Source: Bdellovibrionales bacterium
Lineage (GTDB): Bacteria > Bdellovibrionota > Bdellovibrionia > Bdellovibrionales > UBA1609
Length of the DNA: 64,000 nucleotides
Reading direction: 5' to 3'
Assembly: GCA_965237565.1 (NCBI GenBank)
Contig: OZ250145.1
Location: 182,860 to 246,859 of the forward strand
Both the position numbers and the translations under genes were made by a program. A model generated the notes under the pieces. It did no database searches. It was given only the letters and a program-made list of their open reading frames with translations, and was not told the origin of the DNA. Position 1 is the first letter of the stretch; every line of letters begins with the position of its first letter. Positions 1 to 8,978 of this stretch are shown here, one piece after another.

Positions 1-779
1 GATTAACCTTGATAGAATTGGTAATCGCTCTAGTTTTGTTTGCTGTCATTGCCACATCTCTTATGCGCATGACGGAACACACGATCCAGTACAGAAAAAA
101 ACTGAGCAAAACAGTTTCAAGCACTAAAATGAATCGAACCATTTCACAAATCATGAAACGAGACTTGCGAAACATATTTTTCACACAAGATATCAATGCC
201 CTTTTGCACACTCTGTACAGCTCAAAAACCCATGCAAGAAAGAAAATTTCCATCCCCGATACGCAAGACCCAGAAGAAGACCCAATTAGGCAAGCTCCCG
301 CTTTGAATCCTTACTTACATAAACAATTGCTTTATTTTGGAGGCTTAAAGGGGAAGAAGGATCAACTCTCCTTTGCTTCCTTCTCAAATATCCAAGCTTG
401 GCTGAATGAAAAGTCTAGCGACCAAAACGAAGTTTCCTATTACCTAGCTGGTTGCAAAAGCAAAACAGATGAGAGGAAACAACAAACTTGTTTGTGGAGA
501 AAATCCTCCACCCAATTGGATCAAGATTTGGAAGCATCCGACAGATACGAAGAATCAATTATTCTGGAAAAAGTGAAAAGTTTTCATGTTTCCTACTTTA
601 ACATCTTTCAAAATAAATGGTTTGATGAGTGGACGACAAAAGCCAATGAACAAGGTTCTTTGCCTGCAATAATTCGGGTCGCACTGGATTTTGAAAACAA
701 TAAGAACCAATTGAATCACCAAGAATTCATTCTGCCAATTTACCAAATGCAACTTTCACTAGAACTAACGGACCAATAA
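1..779 (+). CDS. Minor pseudopilin, GspJ-like (T2SS / type IV pilin-like); 5' end cut by window edge
   Basis: The frame is open to nt 3, giving LTLIELVIALVLFAVIATSL, a prepilin-type N-terminal methylation/hydrophobic helix. The gene lies directly upstream of GspK/L-like genes. Stop at 777-779. Confidence 0.6.
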   Translation, partial: LTLIELVIALVLFAVIATSLMRMTEHTIQYRKKLSKTVSSTKMNRTISQIMKRDLRNIFFTQDINALLHTLYSSKTHARKKISIPDTQDPEEDPIRQAPALNPYLHKQLLYFGGLKGKKDQLSFASFSNIQAWLNEKSSDQNEVSYYLAGCKSKTDERKQQTCLWRKSSTQLDQDLEASDRYEESIILEKVKSFHVSYFNIFQNKWFDEWTTKANEQGSLPAIIRVALDFENNKNQLNHQEFILPIYQMQLSLELTDQ

Positions 780-780
780 A

Positions 781-2052
781 ATGATTCTTCGTTTCCATTT
801 ATTTGCTCGAATGTGTCGACTCCTTGGCAAAAATCAAAAAGGAATGGCCATTATTATGGTGCTATCTAGTCTTGTTTTTGTTGTTTTGCTTATCCAAGAA
901 ACTATTTTTGAAACACAAGTGGAACATCGTTCGGCCACTGCAGAATTGAATTCTCTCAAAGCCTATTATGCAGCCAAATCGGGAATGGAAATCAATTTGC
1001 TACGAGTGAAAACTTATATGAAAATTATGAAAGCCTATAGTTCTCAAGTACAGGATTACCAAGCCTATATAGACCTGATTTGGAAGTTTCCCATCCACTG
1101 GCCCCCTGCCTTTATCGAGGATGGAAATTCCATCTATGATGAGGAGGTCGCTGAAATTAGAACCGACACTCTTATGAAGGCGAGCTACATGAATCTTATT
1201 ACACCCACAAATGGTCTGATTGACATCAACGATCTAGCCTCTCCAGTGACTTCCTTGAGGGATTGGACATTTCAAGTGCTTTACCGCTTGATTATTATTT
1301 TGCAATCACAAAATAAGACGCTAGCTAAGGAGATGGGCGATGTAGAAATCAGGGAGCTTTTAGCCAATATAAAAGATTGGGTGGATCCGGATAACACAAG
1401 CGGGAAACAAAACTCTCTTTTGGAATCAAGATTGTATGAGGAAAACGGACTTCCTCCCAATCATTCTTTCATCAACCTAGAAGAACTTCGCCAAGTAGCT
1501 GGTATGACAGATACCTTGCATGAAGCTATCACACCCTTTCTCACAGTCTATGGGGAAAAAGGCTTAAATATTAACAATGCTCCCATCGAACTGATACAAG
1601 CTCTTCATGATAATTTTCCCCTTCCAGTGGCTGAAGAAATCGTGAATCAAAGCTCTAATCCCATTCAGCTAAATTTGTTCACCAAAGCATCTTTTTCGGA
1701 TTTTTTGGTACAAGGGGGGTTCGAACAAATAAAAAGAGATTTGTTTGATAATTTGGAAAATATCTCCTATCTGAATTTTGATGCTCCACATAATTTTCAG
1801 TTGCAAAGCACCGGCCTTTTTGGACAGATGCGAAAAAATCTTACGGCGGTTTATGTCAGCATTCACTCTCTTTTGGAGCGATTCGATACACTGATGACAG
1901 AAGAAAAGAAACGAGAAGAGCAACGAAGAGGGCAGGTTCAAATATCAACACCAAAATCAGAAATTCAACCAGAGGAGAAAAAGTCAGACGCTACGGAGCA
2001 AGAGCCCCTTCCTCTTGAACCATTCATAATTTACTGGAAAGAAAGTTCCTAA
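781..2052 (+). CDS. GspK-like T2SS minor pseudopilin
   Basis: ATG lies 1 nt after the upstream stop. The N-terminal hydrophobic segment GMAIIMVLSSLVFVVLLI and the internal GLNINNAPIELIQAL motif are typical of the GspK family. Operon position is after the J-like gene. Confidence 0.6.
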   Translation: MILRFHLFARMCRLLGKNQKGMAIIMVLSSLVFVVLLIQETIFETQVEHRSATAELNSLKAYYAAKSGMEINLLRVKTYMKIMKAYSSQVQDYQAYIDLIWKFPIHWPPAFIEDGNSIYDEEVAEIRTDTLMKASYMNLITPTNGLIDINDLASPVTSLRDWTFQVLYRLIIILQSQNKTLAKEMGDVEIRELLANIKDWVDPDNTSGKQNSLLESRLYEENGLPPNHSFINLEELRQVAGMTDTLHEAITPFLTVYGEKGLNINNAPIELIQALHDNFPLPVAEEIVNQSSNPIQLNLFTKASFSDFLVQGGFEQIKRDLFDNLENISYLNFDAPHNFQLQSTGLFGQMRKNLTAVYVSIHSLLERFDTLMTEEKKREEQRRGQVQISTPKSEIQPEEKKSDATEQEPLPLEPFIIYWKESS

Positions 2053-2094
2053 GAGGATAACCTGAAGAAAAAGTTTTATTAAGGGGGCTTTGCT

Positions 2095-3816
2095 TTGATT
2101 TTTATTGGTGTTGATCTGGGGTCCTGTGCCGTAAAAGCAACAGCCATTAAAGGCACCAGACAAAAATTTGAAATTTTACAAACCCATTTTTTCCCCATCA
2201 AAATTGGTGAGAGTCGAGAAAAAAGAGAGAGCCAAAAACTGGCACATCTAAAGACTCTGTCCAATTTGTATGCCGGCCAAGAAGTGAAATACATTTTTTG
2301 CCTTCCTCAAAATAAGATCAGTGCTCACACAATGGGATTTCCATTCAAAGAGCGATACAAAATAATGAAAAGTCTCCCCTTTGAAATGGAAGATAAATTT
2401 CTGTTTGAATACGAGAAGCTCGTTACAGACATTAAGATTATTCCATCTCCCAAAGAACAAGCAAATGTGCTGGTTTTTTCAAGTTTTAAAGAAGATATTC
2501 ACCAATTGCTTGAGCAACTGAAATTGATTGGAATCGAACCATTTATTGTAACTTGTGAAGCTTCCGCTGTATCAAATATTATAGAGGATAAAAAAATCTC
2601 CCATTCGAAAAACTATCATAACGAAAATACGAAACCAGAAAACTATCTGTATCTAAAGGTTGGACACACTCATACCACAATCATGATCCTTACTAATGGA
2701 AAAATGCAAAACGTATACAATCTCGAATGGGGGGTGACCTCTTGTATTCGCAAAATAGCTCGCAAATATGAATTGACAGATGAGAAAGCTTTTAAACAAT
2801 TTTATGAAAAGGCATTCGTTCTCACAAACACAAAAGGATATACGGGGAGCCAAATAGAATTTTCCAAAATCATCAGCGAATCTTTTGGAGCATTGATACA
2901 TAAACTACGACTTTTGCTCTTAGAATTGGAAGGAGGAAAAAAATACAAAATCAAAAAAATATTTATTCTCGGTGGAGGTGCACAAATCAGGAATTTGCAA
3001 ACTCTATTGTCATCAGAGTTGGATGTATCCGTGTCCCGTCTCGCCAATCCAGCTGGCTTTTCTGTATGGAATTTACGAAACAACAATCAAAAACAAAATA
3101 ATTTGATAACCTCCCTAGGAGCAGCAATGGAGGGGTTGAAACGTCTAGATCAACCGCCTATTAATTTCCTAAAAGATGAGTTTGCAGTTCGAACTCACTC
3201 TCTGTTTGCACTATCCAAACAATGGAGACACGCTCTTTCACTCAGTCTTATCGGATTCATTTGCCTCACTGCTTATGCAGTCCTAAGAGAAGAACAAACC
3301 AAAAAATTGGAAAGCATTATCAATACCCAATTTAAGAAGCAATCCTTACAGGTAACAAAACTCAGTCCCAAAAAAATCAGCATTCAGAATGTTAAGAAGT
3401 TCATCAATAGAGGAAAAAAATTGGTGAGACAAAACGAACTCACAGAGGAACTCTCTAATTTGCCCTCTGCATTGGATCGTTTAAAGGCACTCAGTATAAA
3501 ACTCAACAATGATAAAGCATGGGTTTTGGAAATCAACAATTTGAATATTCACGGAGAAAAAATTGAAATTCAGGGCTATGTCTCCAATTTGTATATTAGG
3601 AATCTGGAAAAAAACCTTCTGAGCATGGCAAAAAAAGGAAGCTTTAAAAAGTTACCTTTGCCGCAAAAAGTAACATTACAAAATATGAATCAGATGGATA
3701 AGGCGACACAAAAAGCAGAGGAACTAAGACTGTCTTCAGATACCAAATCAGCAATAGTACCTGATGATGAAGAAATCGTTCCCTTTACTTACTCGTTCAT
3801 ACAAATTACAGGTTGA
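2095..3816 (+). CDS. GspL / PilM-PilN-like assembly platform protein (actin-like ATPase fold, one TM, periplasmic domain)
   Basis: TTG start is preceded by AAGGGGG. N-terminus IFIGVDLGSCAVKA (PilM/FtsA-like phosphate-1 motif) and later ILGGGAQI. A single TM (LSLSLIGFICLTAYAVL) is followed by a coiled periplasmic part. Confidence 0.6.
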   Translation: MIFIGVDLGSCAVKATAIKGTRQKFEILQTHFFPIKIGESREKRESQKLAHLKTLSNLYAGQEVKYIFCLPQNKISAHTMGFPFKERYKIMKSLPFEMEDKFLFEYEKLVTDIKIIPSPKEQANVLVFSSFKEDIHQLLEQLKLIGIEPFIVTCEASAVSNIIEDKKISHSKNYHNENTKPENYLYLKVGHTHTTIMILTNGKMQNVYNLEWGVTSCIRKIARKYELTDEKAFKQFYEKAFVLTNTKGYTGSQIEFSKIISESFGALIHKLRLLLLELEGGKKYKIKKIFILGGGAQIRNLQTLLSSELDVSVSRLANPAGFSVWNLRNNNQKQNNLITSLGAAMEGLKRLDQPPINFLKDEFAVRTHSLFALSKQWRHALSLSLIGFICLTAYAVLREEQTKKLESIINTQFKKQSLQVTKLSPKKISIQNVKKFINRGKKLVRQNELTEELSNLPSALDRLKALSIKLNNDKAWVLEINNLNIHGEKIEIQGYVSNLYIRNLEKNLLSMAKKGSFKKLPLPQKVTLQNMNQMDKATQKAEELRLSSDTKSAIVPDDEEIVPFTYSFIQITG

Positions 3817-3821
3817 ACAAA

Positions 3822-4619
3822 ATGAATATAAACACCATAAAAGATATTGTAACTTCTTTGTACAAAGACATTGTAGATAGAGTCTCGGATAGCGAATGGT
3901 ACCACTCTCTAAGGAAAAAATATGAAATTCTTAGTTCCAAACAACGAAAAACACTCCACGCTTTTTTGTGGTTCACCCTGCTGACTACTGTGCTTTACTA
4001 CCCTATTTCCCATTTATACGCTTCATGGACGAGCATGCATACTTTTACAACGAAAGAAAATCTGATTCGAGAGCTAGACCTCCTATCTTCTGCCAATCGC
4101 TCCATTGGAGTATCGAATTTGTCTAGCCAAAATTTACAAAAATCCATCAAGAAAAGTCTCCTCGCCCTTAATTTTCCTGAAAAACAAATTGTCCGGATAG
4201 AAAAAACAGAGTCCGTAAATTTGACTAGGCCTTTGCCTTTTCCTGTGACCATTCACACCGTAGCTATAGAAATGAAAGATTTGAACCTGCAAGAAGTTAC
4301 TCAGTACGGATACCAGTTGGAAAGGCTTTCTGATAATCTCAAAATACTGGATATTTATATTAAAGAGAATCCAAAAAAAACGAATTATTTCAACACAACT
4401 TATAAATTGAGTCTGTTTTCCTTGTCGAAAAAGTCGAAACCAACTCAGTTGGAATCTGTCAGAAAACCAGAACCGCCTATCATAAGTAAAGAATCTATAT
4501 CGCCTTTCTCTCCCCCAAATGCATCAGAGAAAATGCAAGACATTGACCCAGTAGATTTGGTCCCAATTCCCCATTTAACACTCCCATCCAAAATACAAAC
4601 AGATAAAAAAGAACAATGA
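3822..4619 (+). CDS. GspM-like bitopic membrane protein (hypothetical)
   Basis: Position after the L-like gene. One TM (LHAFLWFTLLTTVLYYPI) after a short cytoplasmic N-terminus, and a Pro-rich tail. The start could also be TTG 3813, overlapping the upstream stop. Confidence 0.35.
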   Translation: MNINTIKDIVTSLYKDIVDRVSDSEWYHSLRKKYEILSSKQRKTLHAFLWFTLLTTVLYYPISHLYASWTSMHTFTTKENLIRELDLLSSANRSIGVSNLSSQNLQKSIKKSLLALNFPEKQIVRIEKTESVNLTRPLPFPVTIHTVAIEMKDLNLQEVTQYGYQLERLSDNLKILDIYIKENPKKTNYFNTTYKLSLFSLSKKSKPTQLESVRKPEPPIISKESISPFSPPNASEKMQDIDPVDLVPIPHLTLPSKIQTDKKEQ

Positions 4620-5647
4620 CTCAAATAAAAAAATATCTTCTATATATCTGGGAACAACAAAAAAAATACAAAAAAAGATGGTTTGGTTTTTTTCTTCTGT
4701 TGTTTGGTTTTTTTCTTGTGCGCTTTCCTGTTGAAGAAGCTATCTCTCGCTTGGTTAATCAGTTCAATCAAGAGTCTCCAGTGAGTTTTCAATTGAATTA
4801 TGAAAATCTTCGGTTGAGTTTTTTTAACCCCGCCTTGGTATTCAACGAAGCTCAGATTTTGATCAGTCATACGCAAAAAAAATTAAAATTGAAGCAACTC
4901 AGAGTGTATCCTTCCTATCCAGCCCTCTTGATGCTAAAGCCCGGAATTCGAATCCTATTCAAGTGGCCAGACTCCACGATGTGGCTAACATTCAGAAAAA
5001 AGACTTTAAAAAAAGATCAAGTTGGATGGTTTATTTCAATGGAGGCTAGCCATTTTTCTTTAGCTCACCTACAAGCTTTCTCTCCGCTTCTATCTAAAAT
5101 ATCTGGATACTTCGACATAAACATAGAGCTTGTATTGGATCCCAGTTTCAAGCAACAGCCAGACGGCTCTTGGCAAATACATGGAGTAAACATTGAAAGT
5201 CAGGCACTTTCTTACACGTTTCCCGGAACTACTGGAACGATCAGCCTTCCCTCCTTTGGTTGGGGAAAAGTCCATTCTGAGGGAAAAGTGAAAGAGGGTG
5301 AATTTCTCATTTCAGACATATCCATTGGAGAGAAAGAAGACCCTTTTCAAATAATGGCCAGAGGTGTCTTATCCCTTTTTTTCGTAAAACAAACTTTTAA
5401 CAAAAGTTCTGTAGCCCAAAGAAAAAGCTACGATATCAGTCTAGACATTCTGACAAGCGAGGAATTGAAACCGAAACTTTACTTTTTGGATTTATTTTTT
5501 TCTTCTGTTGAAAGCGAAACAGCCTTCGGTTCACGTCATTTAGGACGTATAAGGGGAAACCGAGCGAATCCCTTTGATCTCTCTAGCATTGCAAAGCTCC
5601 CCTCCTTAGAAGAAATTCAAAATCCAGAAGATAGTGAAGAGCTATAA
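4616..5647 (+). CDS. GspN-like membrane-anchored protein (hypothetical)
   Basis: ATGA start/stop overlap with the upstream gene (translational coupling). N-terminal TM WFGFFLLLFGFFLV. Last gene of the gsp-like run. No diagnostic motif recognised. Confidence 0.3.
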   Translation: MTQIKKYLLYIWEQQKKYKKRWFGFFLLLFGFFLVRFPVEEAISRLVNQFNQESPVSFQLNYENLRLSFFNPALVFNEAQILISHTQKKLKLKQLRVYPSYPALLMLKPGIRILFKWPDSTMWLTFRKKTLKKDQVGWFISMEASHFSLAHLQAFSPLLSKISGYFDINIELVLDPSFKQQPDGSWQIHGVNIESQALSYTFPGTTGTISLPSFGWGKVHSEGKVKEGEFLISDISIGEKEDPFQIMARGVLSLFFVKQTFNKSSVAQRKSYDISLDILTSEELKPKLYFLDLFFSSVESETAFGSRHLGRIRGNRANPFDLSSIAKLPSLEEIQNPEDSEEL

Positions 5648-5867
5648 CTGTATTTAAAAAACTAGAAGGCAGTAGCAAGCTGTAGTTTTGTTCAAAAAAC
5701 AAGGGCCGGTGGCAAACTATGGTTTTGTTTGAAAAAACAGAAGATAGTGAAGGCTGATATGAAAATTTCCATTTTAACACGAAGCAGTAATTTCCCTCTT
5801 TTTGGCAAGTAAGTTTTCACAATTTGTGTTATAGAAAAGCCCGCAAATGTAAGAAAGAGAGGACGCT

Positions 5868-6323
5868 ATGTATGGAATAAATAAGGTTATACTAGTAGGC
5901 AACTTGGGATCAGACCCCGAAATAAGAAAAACAGCCAATCAACAGACCGTGACGCAGTTCAGTCTTGCGACCAGTGAGAGCTGGATCAATAGAGAGGGAG
6001 AACGTCAGGAAAAAACAGAATGGCACCGTGTAGTTATATGGGGAAAACTTGCAGAAACTTGTGCAAAACATCTAAATAAGGGTCGACAGGTCTTCATTGA
6101 AGGTCGCTTGCAAACCCGTTCATGGGAAACCGAACAAGGACAGAAGCGTTTCACGACGGAAGTGGTGGCTTCACAAGTAGTCTTTCTAGGGAAAGCCTCT
6201 CAGCAAAGTACGCAAAAAGAAGTAGATCACTCCAGCAGTACAAAAACAGATACGCAATCCTCTTCCTATCAGATGAAAACGGAGCCAGAATTTAAAGAAA
6301 AAGAAGATGAACTACCCTTCTAG
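5868..6323 (+). CDS. ssb: Single-stranded DNA-binding protein
   Basis: INKVILVGNLGSDPEIRKT...TEWHRVVIWGKLAE OB-fold signature. Gln/Ser-rich linker and acidic C-terminal tip EDELPF. Confidence 0.95.
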   Translation: MYGINKVILVGNLGSDPEIRKTANQQTVTQFSLATSESWINREGERQEKTEWHRVVIWGKLAETCAKHLNKGRQVFIEGRLQTRSWETEQGQKRFTTEVVASQVVFLGKASQQSTQKEVDHSSSTKTDTQSSSYQMKTEPEFKEKEDELPF

Positions 6324-7226
6324 CTAGAAGGGGAAGCCCACTCCTGCTTTTAGAGTGATATAGATGGGTTTGAATTCCTTTGATCCCTGCTTCAAGCTGT
6401 AAAGGGAGACCAAAATTGGGTTGACTATAGCGAACTCCATTTGGATTGGAATATAGATTTGCCGAAGTCGAATGTCTGTTCCATAAGACAGCTTCAAAGA
6501 GCCGTGAAAGCTTTTGAAGCTTTTTTCATCTAGACCCAAGTCGTATTTTTTGTCTGCAATGGGCCACATCATAGCTCCCCCCCCTCCAATCCACAGGTTA
6601 AGAGTTTTGTTCTGAAGAAGCACCCACCGCAAGCTCAAATCCAAACTGGGATAATGAATACGTAGGTGACAATTCGTAATTCCTTGTCCGCAACTCGTTC
6701 CATTAGCTATCAGAATCTGGTATCCCAGATCCAAACGAACAGCTAGGTAATTAGTGAAGAAGAAATCCAGAAATCCAGAAATTTTCCCACCCCAGCCGGA
6801 AATGCTCTTACTCTCCGAAAGCCTAAGCAAATTAAAGTGTGGCCCCCCTAGAAAACCAATTCCATTATAATAAGGGTTGGTGGTGACAGATCGAGTTGTG
6901 GATGCATTTTCAGAAATATATTCTTCTGTAACCGAAGATTCTTGCTGTGTTTCAGAAGAGCCAGAAGGTTCTAAGATCCAATTCAAGCCCATCCTGCCTT
7001 TAAGCAAAATACCAATGGCCCTTCCTCCTTTGACTTTCTGGATTCTCAGAATACCAAGGACTTTCCCATACAAATTAATCGCATCAAATTTATCTTCCAC
7101 TTCTGCTTCTGCACCTTCTAAGTCAATGAGTGCTTTTTTCCCTTTGAGCTTTAGGATCACAGCCGAGTGAGAGAAAGATGAGAATAAGAAACTGGAAGCA
7201 AGGATAACAAGCATCGCTTTTTTCAT
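6324..7226 (-). CDS. Outer-membrane beta-barrel protein (hypothetical), signal peptide
   Basis: Signal peptide MKKAMLVILASSFLFSSFSHSA. Alternating hydrophobic pattern in the C-terminal half and terminal ...GVGFPF (C-terminal Phe, OMP signature). Confidence 0.5.
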   Translation of the reverse strand: MKKAMLVILASSFLFSSFSHSAVILKLKGKKALIDLEGAEAEVEDKFDAINLYGKVLGILRIQKVKGGRAIGILLKGRMGLNWILEPSGSSETQQESSVTEEYISENASTTRSVTTNPYYNGIGFLGGPHFNLLRLSESKSISGWGGKISGFLDFFFTNYLAVRLDLGYQILIANGTSCGQGITNCHLRIHYPSLDLSLRWVLLQNKTLNLWIGGGGAMMWPIADKKYDLGLDEKSFKSFHGSLKLSYGTDIRLRQIYIPIQMEFAIVNPILVSLYSLKQGSKEFKPIYITLKAGVGFPF

Positions 7227-7352
7227 AAGTAAGCCTCATCCAAATTCTAAGATATATTCTCCATTTCACTATATTTTATCGAACAAGGGCAAGATTTTTC
7301 ATATATAGCTTTTATTTTGCAGACCTTTTACTGTATTCTCGGTCACACAAAA

Positions 7353-8735
7353 ATGAAAATGTCGAAAGTGAAAACAAGATTTGTTTGCAAGGAATGCGGA
7401 GCCCCTAGCCTCAAGTGGCAAGGGCAATGCCCCCAATGCACAAAATGGAATACTATGATCGAAGAACTGATCACCCCCAGATCTAGATCTCCTTTGCCTG
7501 CTTTCCAAAAAACACAGAGGAAAAATCAACAACCTACTTTGTTGGACTATCATCAAGTTGAAAAAAATTCTGGAATCCGAATTTCCACTGGCATAGAAGA
7601 ATTTAATCGCGTGCTGGGAGGAGGTTTGGTCTCAGGTTCTTACATTTTGTTGGGAGGTGCCCCAGGCATCGGAAAAAGCACTCTCCTCCTGCAAATAGCT
7701 GAAGGTCTATCCCTTCAGAAGCTAAAAATCTTTTATATCTCTGCTGAAGAAAGTGTACAACAAACTTGCTTAAGAGCTGAACGACTTTCAATCAAAAACA
7801 ACAAACAAATTTTTTTACTCAATGAAACTTCTCTTGAAAAAATTTTTCATCATGTAGAAAATATCAAACCCGACATTCTTATTATTGATTCGATACAAAC
7901 TGTTCAAATGACCGACCTACCCTCCCCTCCTGGGACAGTTTCTCAAGTGTGTGAGTGTTCCAGACAGCTAATGAATTTTGCCAAGAGTACGCAGACTGCC
8001 GTGTTCATCATTGGCCATATAACCAAGGAAGGACAGTTGGCTGGACCTCGTCTTTTGGAACATATGGTTGATACGGTTTTGTCATTCGATGGAGATCCTC
8101 ATCACCAATTTCGTCTGCTAAGAGCTTTGAAAAATCGCTTTGGTGCAACAAATGAAATTGGAGTCTTTCAAATGCTATCAACGGGTCTGAAGGAAGTATC
8201 CAACCCATCCGAATTCTTATTAGAGGATAGAGGAAATGAATTGATTGGATCCGTTATATTCACGACCATGGAAGGATCGCGCCCTCTCCTGTGTGAAATA
8301 CAAGCTTTGGTTCTACCTAGTTATTTACCTATGCCCAGACGAACAAGTATCGGACTGGACATTAACCGTTTGCATATGATTGTCGCCGTGCTGGATCGTT
8401 ATTTGGATACCAAACTTTCACAATGCGATATTTTTCTCAATCTTGTTGGCGGGTTGAAAATTTCAGAACCTGGGGCGGATGTAGCCATTGCGAAAGCTTT
8501 GATATCGGCAAAAAAACACCAAACCATTCACCAGCTCAGTTGTTTTTTCGGAGAGATTGGCCTAACTGGTGAAGTGAGAGCTTGTACTTTCTCCGAAGAA
8601 AGAATTAGAGAGGCAAAAAAATTAGGCTTCAAAAATATCCAGCTCCCTGAAGGTAACAAAAAACACATAAACAAAAACTTATTACAAGGCGATGTAAAAT
8701 TAAAATGGATTCGCTCCATAAAAGACCTAGCCTAA
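7353..8735 (+). CDS. radA: DNA repair protein RadA/Sms
   Basis: CKECGAPSLKWQGQCPQC zinc finger, Walker A GGAPGIGKST, KNRFG motif and a Lon-like C-terminal domain. ATG 7353 is preferred over the upstream ATG 7317 (the track's start). Confidence 0.95.
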   Translation: MKMSKVKTRFVCKECGAPSLKWQGQCPQCTKWNTMIEELITPRSRSPLPAFQKTQRKNQQPTLLDYHQVEKNSGIRISTGIEEFNRVLGGGLVSGSYILLGGAPGIGKSTLLLQIAEGLSLQKLKIFYISAEESVQQTCLRAERLSIKNNKQIFLLNETSLEKIFHHVENIKPDILIIDSIQTVQMTDLPSPPGTVSQVCECSRQLMNFAKSTQTAVFIIGHITKEGQLAGPRLLEHMVDTVLSFDGDPHHQFRLLRALKNRFGATNEIGVFQMLSTGLKEVSNPSEFLLEDRGNELIGSVIFTTMEGSRPLLCEIQALVLPSYLPMPRRTSIGLDINRLHMIVAVLDRYLDTKLSQCDIFLNLVGGLKISEPGADVAIAKALISAKKHQTIHQLSCFFGEIGLTGEVRACTFSEERIREAKKLGFKNIQLPEGNKKHINKNLLQGDVKLKWIRSIKDLA

Positions 8736-8953
8736 ATATCCTCTCCAATTACTTTTAAAATATCCATCCACTTTCGAACAAGCCAACCAGACTCTTCTGG
8801 AGAAGAACCTATCTGAACGATTTCCTTAATGAGAAAAGCCAATGCAACACAAGCAACTAGGAGAAGGGCGTACTCAAGGATAACGACTCCTTTCTGAGTT
8901 TTGAAAACACTCTTTTTTGGAACCAACTTTTGAATGAAAAAAAGTAATTTCAT
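8732..8953 (-). CDS. Flp/Fap-type (type IVb) prepilin candidate
   Basis: 73 aa. A basic leader ends in KG followed by VVILEY, which fits the G/XXXXEY Flp processing motif. Next comes a hydrophobic helix ALLLVACVALAFLI. The predicted mature part is ~51 aa. Confidence 0.4.
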   Translation of the reverse strand: MKLLFFIQKLVPKKSVFKTQKGVVILEYALLLVACVALAFLIKEIVQIGSSPEESGWLVRKWMDILKVIGEDI

Positions 8954-8978
8954 TTCCCATTAGCCTCTTTCATCTGCC

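Noticed and set aside
5648-5867. A LexA/SOS box upstream of ssb. I also looked near radA and uvrA.
   Set aside because: I found no CTGT-N8-ACAG or TTAC-N3-GTAA type palindrome. Only AT-rich pseudo-palindromes are present.
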